Source: an uncultured Fibrobacterota bacterium | GTDB taxonomy: Bacteria > Fibrobacterota > Chitinivibrionia > Chitinivibrionales > FEN-1185 | Direction of reading: 5' to 3' | Assembly: GCA_963729895.1 (NCBI GenBank) | Contig: CAVSQB010000036.1 | Coordinates: forward strand, 1-64,000 | Length of the DNA: 64,000 nucleotides | Part shown: piece by piece, positions 1-9,360 of the stretch | Position numbering within the stretch: the stretch's first letter is position 1 | How the letters are laid out: each line of letters opens with the position of its first letter | Notes under the pieces: generated by a model | Told to the model about the DNA's origin: nothing | Database searches by the model: none | The model's input: only the letters and a program-made list of their open reading frames with translations | Made by a program: the position numbers and the translations under genes

Positions 1-320
1 TGGACGATGGCCGCGCCTCGGCCAAACGCTGCCTGGGCGGCTGCCGTAAGAAGGTGCCCGGCGATTCCCTGCCTTTGGAAAGCGGGCCGGACCGCGATGG
101 TATGGATTTCAAGTTCGTCTGCTGCAATAACGGAGAACACGAAGCCGCGCACCGTGCCATCGCCGGTTTGCGCAACCAAATTGATGTTACCGGGGCAGGA
201 AAGTTCTGTTGCAAACGACGTGGCGCTCCAGGTCACCGTGCGGCACAATTTCTCTATGTCGAGAATAACCGAAAGGTCGGCCCGGACCGCCGGCCTGATA
301 TTCACGGGCCGCAAACTCAT
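1..320 (-). CDS. rimI: Ribosomal protein S18 N-acetyltransferase (GNAT), partial; runs off the window start
   Basis: Not in the ORF track. Manual translation from the ATG at 320 (ATGA overlap with the obgE stop) gives MSLRPVNIRPAVRADLSVILDIEKLC..W..SFATEL...DELEIHTIAVRPAFQRQGIAGHLL, a typical RimI pattern. Confidence 0.8.
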   Translation of the reverse strand, partial: MSLRPVNIRPAVRADLSVILDIEKLCRTVTWSATSFATELSCPGNINLVAQTGDGTVRGFVFSVIAADELEIHTIAVRPAFQRQGIAGHLLTAAAQAAFGRGAAIV

Positions 321-1324
321 GGGTTCTCGTCCGGGACGTCAGAACTCCGGTCGGTTTCGACGTTTACATCGAGTATCTGCTTGAGCTTGAGAAGCACCGC
401 GTCAACGCCCTTGCCCGTCACCGACGACATCGATAACCAGCCGCTCGGCAGGGAAGGACGGGAATCTGCGGGTGTAAGGTCGCTTTTCGACAGAATGAAA
501 CATGCGGGCTTCCGGGAGAGATGCGGACTGTACGCGGAAAGTTCGCCAAGAAGGAGCGCCGCCTCCGCCTCCGGATCCGGCGAATCAGCCGGCACGAGGA
601 TGGCGAGAACGCGCGTGCGTTCAATGTGGCGCAGAAACCGTATGCCCAGCCCCTTGCCTAGGTGGGAGCCTTCGATGAGGCCGGGGATATCGGCAACCAC
701 AAACGATTGATATCCTTCGCATTTGACAATACCGAGGTACGGCCGCGTGGTGGTAAAGGGATACTCGGCGATCTTCGGCTTTGCGGAAGAGATCCTGGAG
801 AGAAACGTGGATTTTCCCGCATTGGGCCGGCCCACGAGGCCGACGTCGGCCAGCACCTTGAGTTCGAGCCGCAGCCGCCGTTCCTGCCCCGGTCTGCCTT
901 CTTCCGCATGGTCCGGAAGGGGGTTGGAGCGCGTTTTGAGCGCGGCGTTCCCGCGGCCGCCGGCCCCGCCTCGCGCCGCGCAGAATGTTTCCTTATCGTC
1001 AAGAGTGTCGAACAGGAGGTCACCGGTGTCGGCGTCGAACACCACGGTGCCGAGCGGCACCAGCAGGGTAATGTCGTCGGCGTCCTTGCCGTCTTTGTTG
1101 CCGCCCTTGCCGTTTGCCCCGTGGTCCGCCTTGTAATGCCTGCGATAGTGAAGGTCCTGTAGGGTACGAAGGTGGTGCGATCCGCAGATGTGAATGCTCC
1201 CGCCCTTGCCGCCGGTGCCGCCGCTCGGGCCGCCTTTCGGCCTGTACTTTTCGCGCAGATAGGCGAAACAGCCGTTGCCGCCGCTGCCGGCTTTTACCAC
1301 GATGGTTGTTTCGTCTATGAACAT
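317..1324 (-). CDS. obgE: GTPase ObgE/CgtA
   Basis: MFIDE start, Gly-rich Obg domain (GGPSGGTGGKGG), LELKVLADVGLVGRPNAGKST, YPFTT and DIPGLIEG motifs. Start is 1324, not the ORF-track 1549. Confidence 0.97.
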   Translation of the reverse strand: MFIDETTIVVKAGSGGNGCFAYLREKYRPKGGPSGGTGGKGGSIHICGSHHLRTLQDLHYRRHYKADHGANGKGGNKDGKDADDITLLVPLGTVVFDADTGDLLFDTLDDKETFCAARGGAGGRGNAALKTRSNPLPDHAEEGRPGQERRLRLELKVLADVGLVGRPNAGKSTFLSRISSAKPKIAEYPFTTTRPYLGIVKCEGYQSFVVADIPGLIEGSHLGKGLGIRFLRHIERTRVLAILVPADSPDPEAEAALLLGELSAYSPHLSRKPACFILSKSDLTPADSRPSLPSGWLSMSSVTGKGVDAVLLKLKQILDVNVETDRSSDVPDENP

Positions 1325-1377
1325 AATTGCTTTTCGGGTTTCAAAGGTTGAATTGTCAATTCGCTCTTGCAAACTAG

Positions 1378-1520
1378 TTGGGCGTTTCCCTCGCTTCGCT
1401 CGGGCCGGTCTCCCTGCGGGCTCGGCCAAATGGCCTCGTTGCCGATCCGCCCCTATGGCTCTTTTTGCCCGGGTCGGCCGGCAATGTGCACCAGCACACC
1501 CTCCGGTCCACCTAACGCAA
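1378..1520 (+). ncRNA. Structured intergenic repeat / candidate ncRNA, copy 1
   Basis: Shares the GGGCG..GGCTCGGCC-N4/5-GGCCTCG(T/G)TGCCG core and pairing pattern with copies at 35444 and 36098. Strand of expression unknown. Confidence 0.55.
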
Positions 1521-1698
1521 AACCAAGAAACAGATTGGCCATCTGTCAACTATGTTTCTAGGTGCCCCAACACGGATGGTGACGCTTGCATCAGGTCCTA
1601 CTTTGGGGCCACCTGCAGAGGGGGTATGGGTGCAGACCCCGAAGGAAAGGTTCACAAAATGGACAACTCCAAGCCTTTCCGAGGAGGCTGCACCCTAG

Positions 1699-3010
1699 CA
1701 GGGTGTTGAAAAAGTCTCCCTTTTGTAAACATTTATCCTTATATTATAGGGGAACCCCAACCAAGGAGTATTGATGAGAGGTTCCCAGCCAGCCCAAGGC
1801 GGTATGTTCAGCTTCGTTTCTCCGGATTCCCGAGTGCCGGCAACACACCCGCTTCGTCGTGTCAAACAGTTTACGGACATAGCGCTGCGCCGCCTTTCTC
1901 GTGACTTTGAGGCGATGTACAGCCGGATGGGACGCCCTTCGATACCGCCGGAATGGCTTTTGAAAGCACAGATATTGATGGCTTTGTTTTCGATACGGTC
2001 GGACCGGTTGTTTTGCGAGATGCTGGACTATAACATTCTGTTCCGATGGTTTCTTGACATGGATCTGGATGCGGCATCGTTTGATCATAGTGTGTTTTCG
2101 AAGAACCGAGATCGACTTATGGAACAGGAGATTGCGCACCGGCTGATGCAGGAAATCGTGCGTCTTGCTCGTTCCGAAGAGTTGTTGTCCGATGAGCATT
2201 TCACGGTTGACGGCACGTTGATTGAAGCCTGGGCATCGATGAAGAGCTTCAAGCGAAAAGACGCGGAATCGGCGAACAAGACTGACGATGATCGGAGTAA
2301 TCCGTCGGTTGATTTCCACCATGAGAAGCGAAGCAATGAGACACATCAGAGTTCGACCGATCCAGAGGCGCTGTTGGCTCGGAAGAACAAGAGAACGGGA
2401 GCGCAGCTGGCGTATTCCGGTCACGTGCTGATGGAAAACCGAAATGGGTTGTGTGTTGATATCGCCATTGCGCCAGCGACGGGGACAGCGGAACGGGATA
2501 TGGCGCTTGAGCTGATAAAGCATGAACGCAGGCGCGGAAAACGCCGGATGAAGACGGTGGGTGCAGACAAAGGGTATCATGCAACCGAATTTATCAAGAG
2601 CCTGCGACGCCTGCACGTGAAGCCTCACATTGCCGAGAAGGCCAACACTTCGCTTAAAGGGTTGGATGGAAGAACGACTCGGCATAAGGGATACAGCGTA
2701 AGTCAAAGGAAACGAAAACGGGTTGAAGAGATATTTGGGTGGATCAAGAGCGTCGGTGGCCTGCGGAAAACTCGGGTAAGAGGAATACGAATCAACCAGA
2801 CTGTTGCCTACGTGGTTGCCGCAGCGTACAACTTGATACGCATGGTTAAGTTGATGCCGCAAACGGTGGGGGCAGCATGAGAATGGCCTGGGAATCCGGG
2901 GAAATGCCTCGGAACGAGGCAGGTAAAACCTCTCTGACATATGTAAAGTTGAAGTTAGGTTCATAAAAAATCAACAAGAGCGCTTCTGTTAGGACTATTT
3001 CAACAACCTG
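1699..3010 (+). mobile_element. Complete IS5-family insertion sequence
   Basis: 18-bp terminal IRs CAGGGTGTTGAAAAAGTC (1699-1716) and GACTATTTCAACAACCTG (2993-3010), 16/18 match. CTAG direct repeats at 1695-1698 and 3011-3014. Confidence 0.95.
1774..2880 (+). CDS. IS5-family DDE transposase
   Basis: GRPSIPPE, LFRWFL, FDHSVFSKNRDRL, FTVDGTLIEAWAS, GADKGY and RKRVEEIFGW motifs. RBS AAGGAG before ATG 1774. Confidence 0.96.
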   Translation: MRGSQPAQGGMFSFVSPDSRVPATHPLRRVKQFTDIALRRLSRDFEAMYSRMGRPSIPPEWLLKAQILMALFSIRSDRLFCEMLDYNILFRWFLDMDLDAASFDHSVFSKNRDRLMEQEIAHRLMQEIVRLARSEELLSDEHFTVDGTLIEAWASMKSFKRKDAESANKTDDDRSNPSVDFHHEKRSNETHQSSTDPEALLARKNKRTGAQLAYSGHVLMENRNGLCVDIAIAPATGTAERDMALELIKHERRRGKRRMKTVGADKGYHATEFIKSLRRLHVKPHIAEKANTSLKGLDGRTTRHKGYSVSQRKRKRVEEIFGWIKSVGGLRKTRVRGIRINQTVAYVVAAAYNLIRMVKLMPQTVGAA

Positions 3011-3044
3011 CTAGGGGGAAACTTCCCCCATAATAAATCTATGG

Positions 3045-3353
3045 TTAGGTTTTCTTCGACGACTCGGACGATGATGATGTGGAAGAACCCGATGACGACG
3101 CGGAGGAACCGGTCGATGCTGAAGAGGCCGGCGGGGAATCGTTTTTCGCCTGCTTCTTGTAGGAATCGGACCGATAGTCTGTGCTGTAAAAGCCACTTCC
3201 CTTGAACAGAAATCCCGCTCCCGGGGAAATGAGTCGTTTCACCCGCCCGCCGCACTCCGGCTTCCTGCATTTGGTGAGCGGCGGCTCCGTGATCCTTTGG
3301 TATTCCTCGAAGGTGAGGCCGCATTTCTCGCATTCATATTCGTAGGTTGGCAT
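3045..3353 (-). CDS. FmdB-family zinc-ribbon protein with Ser-rich tail
   Basis: MPTYEYECEKCG..CRKPECGG..FKGSGFYSTDY. Confidence 0.9.
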   Translation of the reverse strand: MPTYEYECEKCGLTFEEYQRITEPPLTKCRKPECGGRVKRLISPGAGFLFKGSGFYSTDYRSDSYKKQAKNDSPPASSASTGSSASSSGSSTSSSSESSKKT

Positions 3354-3424
3354 GCAAAAAACGCTCTCTGAATCGGTAACCGCGCTTGTGAATTATAGAA
3401 GATACATCATGCAGGAGAAACCGG

Positions 3425-4759
3425 TCAACGCCGCACCGGGGTGCCAACGAGGTCGTAATCGGAAGCGGACACGATGAGGGCCGGCACAATGGCACCCACG
3501 CGAGCGCTGCCGCGGGGCAAGAGTACCGTGCCGTCCACCTCCGGCGCGTCCCACCTGGTCCTGGCCGCCAGCGCGGGTTTCTTGGGCGATGGATGCCGCG
3601 CGTTTCCGAATAAAGCCTCTGGATCGGAACCGTCGGCGGGCCCGTCAACAATAACAGGAAGAGTCTTTCCTACAAACAAGGCACAGCGAGCGGCGTTTAT
3701 TCGGCGTTGCAAAGCCATGAGTTGCTCGCACCGGCGGCTTGCTGTGGCATTGGCGGGCCGTTTTCTGAACGAATATGCCGCAGTCCCTTCTTCGGGCGAG
3801 TACGGGAACACGCCCAGATGGTCGAATCGCGTCTCCTCCACAAAATCAAGCAGTTCGCAAAAATGCCTGCCGGTTTCGCCGGGATACCCAACAATAAAGG
3901 TGGTCCGGATCGCGGCATCGGGGACGATGGTTCGTATGCGTTCGATGAGGAGCCGGATGCCAGCGGACAGCGGCCGCCTTTTCATGGAGCGCAACAGATC
4001 GTCGTTGATATGCTGCAGGGGAATGTCGAAATAGGGCAAGAGCCGTTTTTCCTGCGCAAAGAGCCTGAGAAAATCGTCGTTGACACGCTGCGGGTGCAGA
4101 TACATGAGCCGGATCCAGGGGAATTTCGTGCGCGCGAGCAGGAGCTCAAGCAGGTGGACAAGCGAACTGCACCTGTCTGTTCCGTAGGCTGACGTGTCTT
4201 GGGAAACCAGGATGCATTCACGCACGCCACGGGAGTACAGCCACTGCGCCTCACGCAGGATTTCTCCCTCCGGCCGGCTCGTAAGCGGTCCGCGGATTCC
4301 CGGTATTGCGCAGAAGCTGCATAGCCGGGAACAGCCCTCGGCGATCTTAAGATACTGAGTTGCACGAGGGGGGAACAGGACGCGGCCCGGCAACGACGCC
4401 CGGCGCGCGTGTAGCAAGGACGCAAGCACCGATGGCCAATCCCGCGTCCCCAGCCATGCATCAACCTCGGGAAAATGCACCCGGGCTTCATCCCTGAACC
4501 GTTGTGAAAAACAACCGGCAACCGCAAGCGTTGTACAGGCCCCAAATTTCTTTAACCGAGCCATTTCCAGGATTGCCTGGATCGCTTCCTGTTTGGCTTC
4601 ATTGATAAATGCGCATGTGTTGACGATGATCGCGTCTGCCTTTGCAAAATCTGACGCAAGGGAAAAGCCGGATCCGGCAAGCAGGCCAAGCATTCGCTCG
4701 CCGTCAATCTGGTTCTTGCTGCAGCCGAGATTCAGAAGGGCCACACGGGGCACTGGCAA
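3425..4759 (-). CDS. rimO: Ribosomal protein S12 methylthiotransferase
   Basis: LGCSKNQID, NTCAFI, radical SAM CSRLCSFC, DIPLQH, APEVDG and TRAM-like C-terminus. Confidence 0.93.
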   Translation of the reverse strand: MPVPRVALLNLGCSKNQIDGERMLGLLAGSGFSLASDFAKADAIIVNTCAFINEAKQEAIQAILEMARLKKFGACTTLAVAGCFSQRFRDEARVHFPEVDAWLGTRDWPSVLASLLHARRASLPGRVLFPPRATQYLKIAEGCSRLCSFCAIPGIRGPLTSRPEGEILREAQWLYSRGVRECILVSQDTSAYGTDRCSSLVHLLELLLARTKFPWIRLMYLHPQRVNDDFLRLFAQEKRLLPYFDIPLQHINDDLLRSMKRRPLSAGIRLLIERIRTIVPDAAIRTTFIVGYPGETGRHFCELLDFVEETRFDHLGVFPYSPEEGTAAYSFRKRPANATASRRCEQLMALQRRINAARCALFVGKTLPVIVDGPADGSDPEALFGNARHPSPKKPALAARTRWDAPEVDGTVLLPRGSARVGAIVPALIVSASDYDLVGTPVRR

Positions 4760-4811
4760 GGTCTTTCAAGAAAAGGTAATCGTGAAGCTGCAAAATACTT
4801 CCGGCACAAAC

Positions 4812-4838
4812 AAAAAAAGGCCGGCACGCGCCGGCCCC
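4812..4838 (-). terminator. Rho-independent terminator after the SPOR gene
   Basis: Minus strand GGCCGGC-GCGT-GCCGGCC followed by T7. Confidence 0.8.
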
Positions 4839-4862
4839 TGCGAGCCTTGATGCCGGGGGATG

Positions 4863-5945
4863 CTACCAGCCGCCCGAAGTGGAGTCCTTGCCCCAGCTCG
4901 AGTTGGTGGTACCGCTTGTTCCGCTCGTGCCGGTTGTGCTGTTTTCACTGCCGGTCGCGGTGGAGCCCGAACTGCCGGCAGTTCCGCTGGCCGGAGCCGT
5001 ACTCGTGGTTGCCGCGCTGCCCGACGAAGACGGTGTTTTGTCCGGGGAGGTTGCAGAAGAAGAGGAGCCGAAAGCCGAGCCGCTCTCGGTTCCCGTGCCG
5101 GTTGTCGTTGAAGGAGAGGCCGAGGCTCCGGTTGACGGCGATGATGCCGAAAAACTGCCGCTTTCGGTAGGCGTTGCCGCGGAAGAAGACGTAGAGCCGG
5201 ACGTCGTGCTGCTGCCGGAACTCGATCCGGAAGATGGTGTTGTCGAAAAGGAACTGCCCGAAGAACCGGAGAATGACGACGACGATGGCGTTGACGATTG
5301 AGAAGTTGAAGGCGCGGGCGCGCTTTCGTAGCTTCCGGCCGCAGTGCTCCCCGCCGATCCCGAGCCCAGGCCGTATCCTTCCATCCCGACGTTATCGTTC
5401 GATTTCTTGTCAACCCAGAATTCGTAACCGTTCGCCACAAGCGTATTCTCACCAAACGATTTTGCCGAAGACAAGGCGGCGAATCCGCCAATCCGGACGC
5501 GGTAGAAGGTGCCGCTCAGGTTGGGCGTAGGGTTCTGGACTTCTGCGACATACGCAGGGTAGCCCTTGTCTTTGAGTTTCGACACCATGCTGTTTGCAAA
5601 CGACTGAGATTTTACACAGGAGACCTGGACCGTGTACCTGCCGTTTGGCGCAAAATCGCCGGAAAACGATGATGGCGTTGCTTTTTGTGCTGCCGAAGAG
5701 GCTTGTTGGGTGCCCGTCTTCTTGGAACCGGCTTTTCCCTGTTTCTTTGCAGTCGAGTCTTCCGAATAGAATTCCTTGAAAATGTCGCCGGTGTCGGCGG
5801 CCGAAGATCCCTTTGAAAGCTTGGGCGTCTGCGCGTTTGATTTTCCCTCGGACTGCTTTGGTTTCCCGCACCCGGAGACCGAAACCGAAAGAGCGACAAA
5901 AAGGACAAGAGCGGTTGTTATGCCCAGAAACGTCCTGCCGTGCAT
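4863..5945 (-). CDS. SPOR-domain lipoprotein with a long Ser/Thr/Gly-rich tail
   Basis: RBS AAGGAGG before ATG 5945. Lipobox-like VSVSGC. SPOR pattern YTVQV..F..A..L..KGYPAY..FYRVRIGGF. Confidence 0.85.
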   Translation of the reverse strand: MHGRTFLGITTALVLFVALSVSVSGCGKPKQSEGKSNAQTPKLSKGSSAADTGDIFKEFYSEDSTAKKQGKAGSKKTGTQQASSAAQKATPSSFSGDFAPNGRYTVQVSCVKSQSFANSMVSKLKDKGYPAYVAEVQNPTPNLSGTFYRVRIGGFAALSSAKSFGENTLVANGYEFWVDKKSNDNVGMEGYGLGSGSAGSTAAGSYESAPAPSTSQSSTPSSSSFSGSSGSSFSTTPSSGSSSGSSTTSGSTSSSAATPTESGSFSASSPSTGASASPSTTTGTGTESGSAFGSSSSATSPDKTPSSSGSAATTSTAPASGTAGSSGSTATGSENSTTGTSGTSGTTNSSWGKDSTSGGW

Positions 5946-6149
5946 AGTTCCTCCTTGGTGGAAAAACTGGTTTTGTGCTTTGGGCTTTTGTTCACGCGGC
6001 GCCTGCGCTGGCGCACGATCGGCACCGCTGCAAAGTAAAAAACGCTTTGACACAGGCGCATAGGTTTACAACATGCGTCTGTTTACAATACTATAATAGA
6101 AACTACTATACTGTTGCCGAAAAATCCATACATTTTTGTTGGAGCCCGG

Positions 6150-7292
6150 CTAGTGCGCGTCGGCGCCACCGGGCAGGCTCGACAAAAGTTCCCTCGCTTC
6201 AACCGCCTGGGGCGTTTCCGGAAAATCGGAAACCACTCTTCTGAGGACCCCGACGGCGGCGTCGATGTTGCCGCTTCTGATGCGTTCAAGCGCGGTGCGC
6301 GCGAGCCTCGCTGCCTTTTCCAGATTCTGTGCATACCGACCGGGCTGGAGCGCCTGGCCAAGCGACGGCGGCACGGCATTGAGTTCGTAAATGCCGTAGG
6401 TCATCATAAGGCACCTGGGCGGCGCAGAAGGTTTTGCAGGATTGACATAACAGATTTTTCTGGTGTCAAATACCATGTAGCTTCCGTCCCAGCGATACGT
6501 GGCAGTCAGGGTGAGGGATGGACAACCGTTGATTGAAAGGGTGAGACCGGCCGGAAGAAAAACCGCATCAAAAACCCCGTAGGTAAAGGCGTACTGCAAC
6601 ACGGAACTGTCTACGGGGGGCTTTTGAGTCTGGTTGGCGGCGAAAGTGCGGTTGTTCTTATGCAGGGTGAGCCCGTATACGCAGCGGGACGCGGAGTCAA
6701 CAACGCACACGAGGGAGGTCAGCCACGATTCGCGCACATAAGCGCCCATGTCCTCGTATGAATAGGCGAAGTACTTGCCTTTGGGAACAAGCGCAAATGT
6801 GAGAATTTTCTTGTCCCCAAGAATGCCCGGCGTGCACATGATGTTTGTTTCGTCGGCAATCGCCCGGAACTGGTCTTCCTGCCGGTATTTGAGGACGGAC
6901 GAAACCACAATATCCATCATCTCGGCCGGATTGAGCACGCCCGAAAGAAGGTCGCGCGTTTCAAGCGAGTAATTCCTGTTTGCCAAAAGCAAATGGAACA
7001 AATGCTTCTTGTCAAGGACCTCCATATACTTCGGCGCCTCGAGGTTGATGGTCCGCATCGTCTGTTCCATTTCGTCGGCAATATCCCCGGACAGGGTGAT
7101 GGGCACGGTATACTGCGGCGGAAGGCGTGAAAACACGAGCTGGTCGGGCGACTGCACGTTGCGGAGCTTCACAAACGCATCGGGAAGCGGCGGCTTTTTG
7201 CCCGGCGTAGGGCTCCACGCGAGCCCCAGCCAGATCATGGCCAGCAGCCAACCGCGGCATGACCGGCCGTTTCTTATGAAACGTGGATTCAC
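6150..7292 (-). CDS. Hypothetical exported protein with a C-terminal TPR-like repeat
   Basis: Probable GTG start abutting the hisB stop. Signal-like WLLAMIWLGLAW. C-terminal AAVGVLRRVVSDFPETPQAVEARELL. Confidence 0.65.
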   Translation of the reverse strand: MNPRFIRNGRSCRGWLLAMIWLGLAWSPTPGKKPPLPDAFVKLRNVQSPDQLVFSRLPPQYTVPITLSGDIADEMEQTMRTINLEAPKYMEVLDKKHLFHLLLANRNYSLETRDLLSGVLNPAEMMDIVVSSVLKYRQEDQFRAIADETNIMCTPGILGDKKILTFALVPKGKYFAYSYEDMGAYVRESWLTSLVCVVDSASRCVYGLTLHKNNRTFAANQTQKPPVDSSVLQYAFTYGVFDAVFLPAGLTLSINGCPSLTLTATYRWDGSYMVFDTRKICYVNPAKPSAPPRCLMMTYGIYELNAVPPSLGQALQPGRYAQNLEKAARLARTALERIRSGNIDAAVGVLRRVVSDFPETPQAVEARELLSSLPGGADAH

Positions 7293-7882
7293 TATAGAAT
7301 TCCCTTGGACGACGGAATGGCTTGTGGAACCCTGGGATTGATGGAGCACGACTGTGAAAGCGCGCGTCCGAAGGACTTGAACACCGCCTCGAGGGAATGG
7401 TGGCTGTTCCGCCCGCGCAACAAGTCGATGTGCAGGGTGAACCGTCCGTGATCGGTAAATGCCTTGAAGAAATCGTGAGCCAGGTCGCATTCGAAATCGT
7501 TGACATGCGAGGTGGTCAAATCCACGTTATATACAAGATTCGGCCTCCCGCTCAGGTCGATGCACACGCGTGCAAGCGATTCGTCCATGGGAACGTACGA
7601 AGTTCCGAAGCGCACGATACCGGCATGGTCGCCCAGCGCCTCGTGCAGCGCCTGGCCGAGGCAGATGCCTATGTCCTCGGCGCTGTGGTGAAAGTCGACC
7701 CCGATGTCGCCCGTGCAGGCAAGGGAGCAGTCGAAGAGGCCGTGCTTGACGAAGAGCGTCAGCATGTGGTCCATGAAAGCATTACCGCTTGCAATGCTCG
7801 AACTGCCAAAACCGTCGAGAGACAGGTCGCAACGGATGTCGGTTTCTTTGGTCTTTCTTTGTATCAAGGCTTTCCTAGCCAT
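7292..7882 (-). CDS. hisB: Imidazoleglycerol-phosphate dehydratase
   Basis: RKTKETDI, FMDHML, DFHHSAED, PMDESL, NSHHSLEAVFK and PSSKG motifs. Confidence 0.97.
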   Translation of the reverse strand: MARKALIQRKTKETDIRCDLSLDGFGSSSIASGNAFMDHMLTLFVKHGLFDCSLACTGDIGVDFHHSAEDIGICLGQALHEALGDHAGIVRFGTSYVPMDESLARVCIDLSGRPNLVYNVDLTTSHVNDFECDLAHDFFKAFTDHGRFTLHIDLLRGRNSHHSLEAVFKSFGRALSQSCSINPRVPQAIPSSKGIL

Positions 7883-7917
7883 AACCGGTCCTTTCTGCCC
7901 TTGCACGCACGCGAGCG

Positions 7918-9000
7918 TTACGCTGCACCGGCGTTAAAGAATTCTTTCACCGCAGATTCAAACGCGCCCGTCTCCTCTTCCGATCCTACGTTGACGCGGA
8001 GGCAGTTATCGAGCATCGGATAAGCCGAGACGTCGCGGACAAGAATACTTTTTGTCTTTAAAAACGAAAAGAGCTCGTCTTTGCGCTTTGCCCGCAGCAG
8101 GATGAAATTCGCTGCACTCGGGTACACCGCGTCAAACGGCATGGAGCGCAGAAACCTGCACAGCAAATCGCGCCGGGCAGCCAGCTCCTGGACGCGCGTC
8201 GCAAGCATGTTTGCATTGTCCAGAAGCACCTGGGCCACATGTTCGGAAAAGAAGTTAATGTTGTACGGGAGCTTTATCTTGCTGATTTCCTGCACGACAT
8301 CAGGCGTTCCCAGCATATAGCCGAGGCGAAGGCCCGCGCCCGAAAACGCCTTGGAGAAGGTTCGTGTAATAATCAGGTTGGGATTGTCCTGAAGCAACGG
8401 GACGGCGCTGTACCCGCCGAATTCCACATACGCCTGGTCAAGGACCAGAAAACCGGTGTGCGCCTTGAGGATCGCCCGGATGTCGGATTCGGTCAACGAG
8501 CACCCGGTTGGATTATTGGGCGAGCACAACACCATGAGCGAGCGCGGGTACTGCGATGCGGCCTCGCAGATTTTCTTCACGTCAAACGAAAGGTTATTTG
8601 TGAGAAATACGGTGCGCTCAAGGGAGCCGAGGCCGCCGGCGAGCAGCCGGTACACGGTGAAGGTTGGTTGACAAAGTATAACATCCTTTCCCTGCCCCGC
8701 CAGCGAAAGCAGCAGGACCAGCAGCATCTCGTTCGAGCCGTTACCCACGATGATTCCGCCGGCGGGCACACCGCTGTAGCCCGACAGTTTTGCCGTGAGC
8801 GCCTCCGGGACAAAGTTCGGGTACCGGTTGAACGGCCGCTTCCGGCAGAACTCCGCGATCTCGTCCTTGATGCCGGCCGGCAGGTCGTACGGGTTTTCGT
8901 TCTGGTTGAGTTTGATGTCCGCGGCCTCAGGCTCGAGGTGGTACCGTGCGAGGGCGCGGACCCGCTCATTGACAAGAAGGAGTGACTCGCTTAGTTTCAT
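7918..9000 (-). CDS. hisC: Histidinol-phosphate aminotransferase
   Basis: KLNQNENPY, GNGSNE, CSPNNPTG and RTFSKAFSGAGLRLGY motifs. Confidence 0.95.
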   Translation of the reverse strand: MKLSESLLLVNERVRALARYHLEPEAADIKLNQNENPYDLPAGIKDEIAEFCRKRPFNRYPNFVPEALTAKLSGYSGVPAGGIIVGNGSNEMLLVLLLSLAGQGKDVILCQPTFTVYRLLAGGLGSLERTVFLTNNLSFDVKKICEAASQYPRSLMVLCSPNNPTGCSLTESDIRAILKAHTGFLVLDQAYVEFGGYSAVPLLQDNPNLIITRTFSKAFSGAGLRLGYMLGTPDVVQEISKIKLPYNINFFSEHVAQVLLDNANMLATRVQELAARRDLLCRFLRSMPFDAVYPSAANFILLRAKRKDELFSFLKTKSILVRDVSAYPMLDNCLRVNVGSEEETGAFESAVKEFFNAGAA

Positions 9001-9360
9001 GGCGTTTTCCGATTACCGATGCGATGGCGGCGGTCGTGCGCGGGAACATTCCATCACACAGCGCCGGTCCCGGGCTTGATATCATTCATTTACAATATAA
9101 ATTAGTACGGGTGAGGGCGGCTAATGGGACGAGGATTTTGGAAAAGTGTGGCGATGATAATCACGGCCAATTATCATTGACATTTCCCCACGTTCTCGAC
9201 CGTTCAGCCACTCTCCAAGGGTGCCCCCAGCGGGTGATTGGATCATAGTAAGGGTGGTGCCTGGGCGCACCCGGCACAGCTATCCAGAGGTCTTAGGAGA
9301 TTGACACTTTTTTGATGGAAGACGACCTGATGTGAGATCGCAGAAAATACTATTTGTTCC

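Noticed and set aside
1558..1698. Possible SRP or 6S RNA (contains TCAGGTCC)
   Set aside because: Lacks the SRP GGAA/GCAG loop and is not a single 6S-like rod.
1744..2964. 406-aa ORF antisense to the IS5 transposase, and similar long antisense ORFs (13897, 26650, 28877, 37288)
   Set aside because: They are shadows of well-supported genes in GC-rich DNA and have no motifs.
9186..9216. Minus-strand GGAGAGTGGCTGAACGGTCGA resembling a tRNA-Ser 5' end
   Set aside because: No anticodon arm, T-arm or acceptor partner follows.
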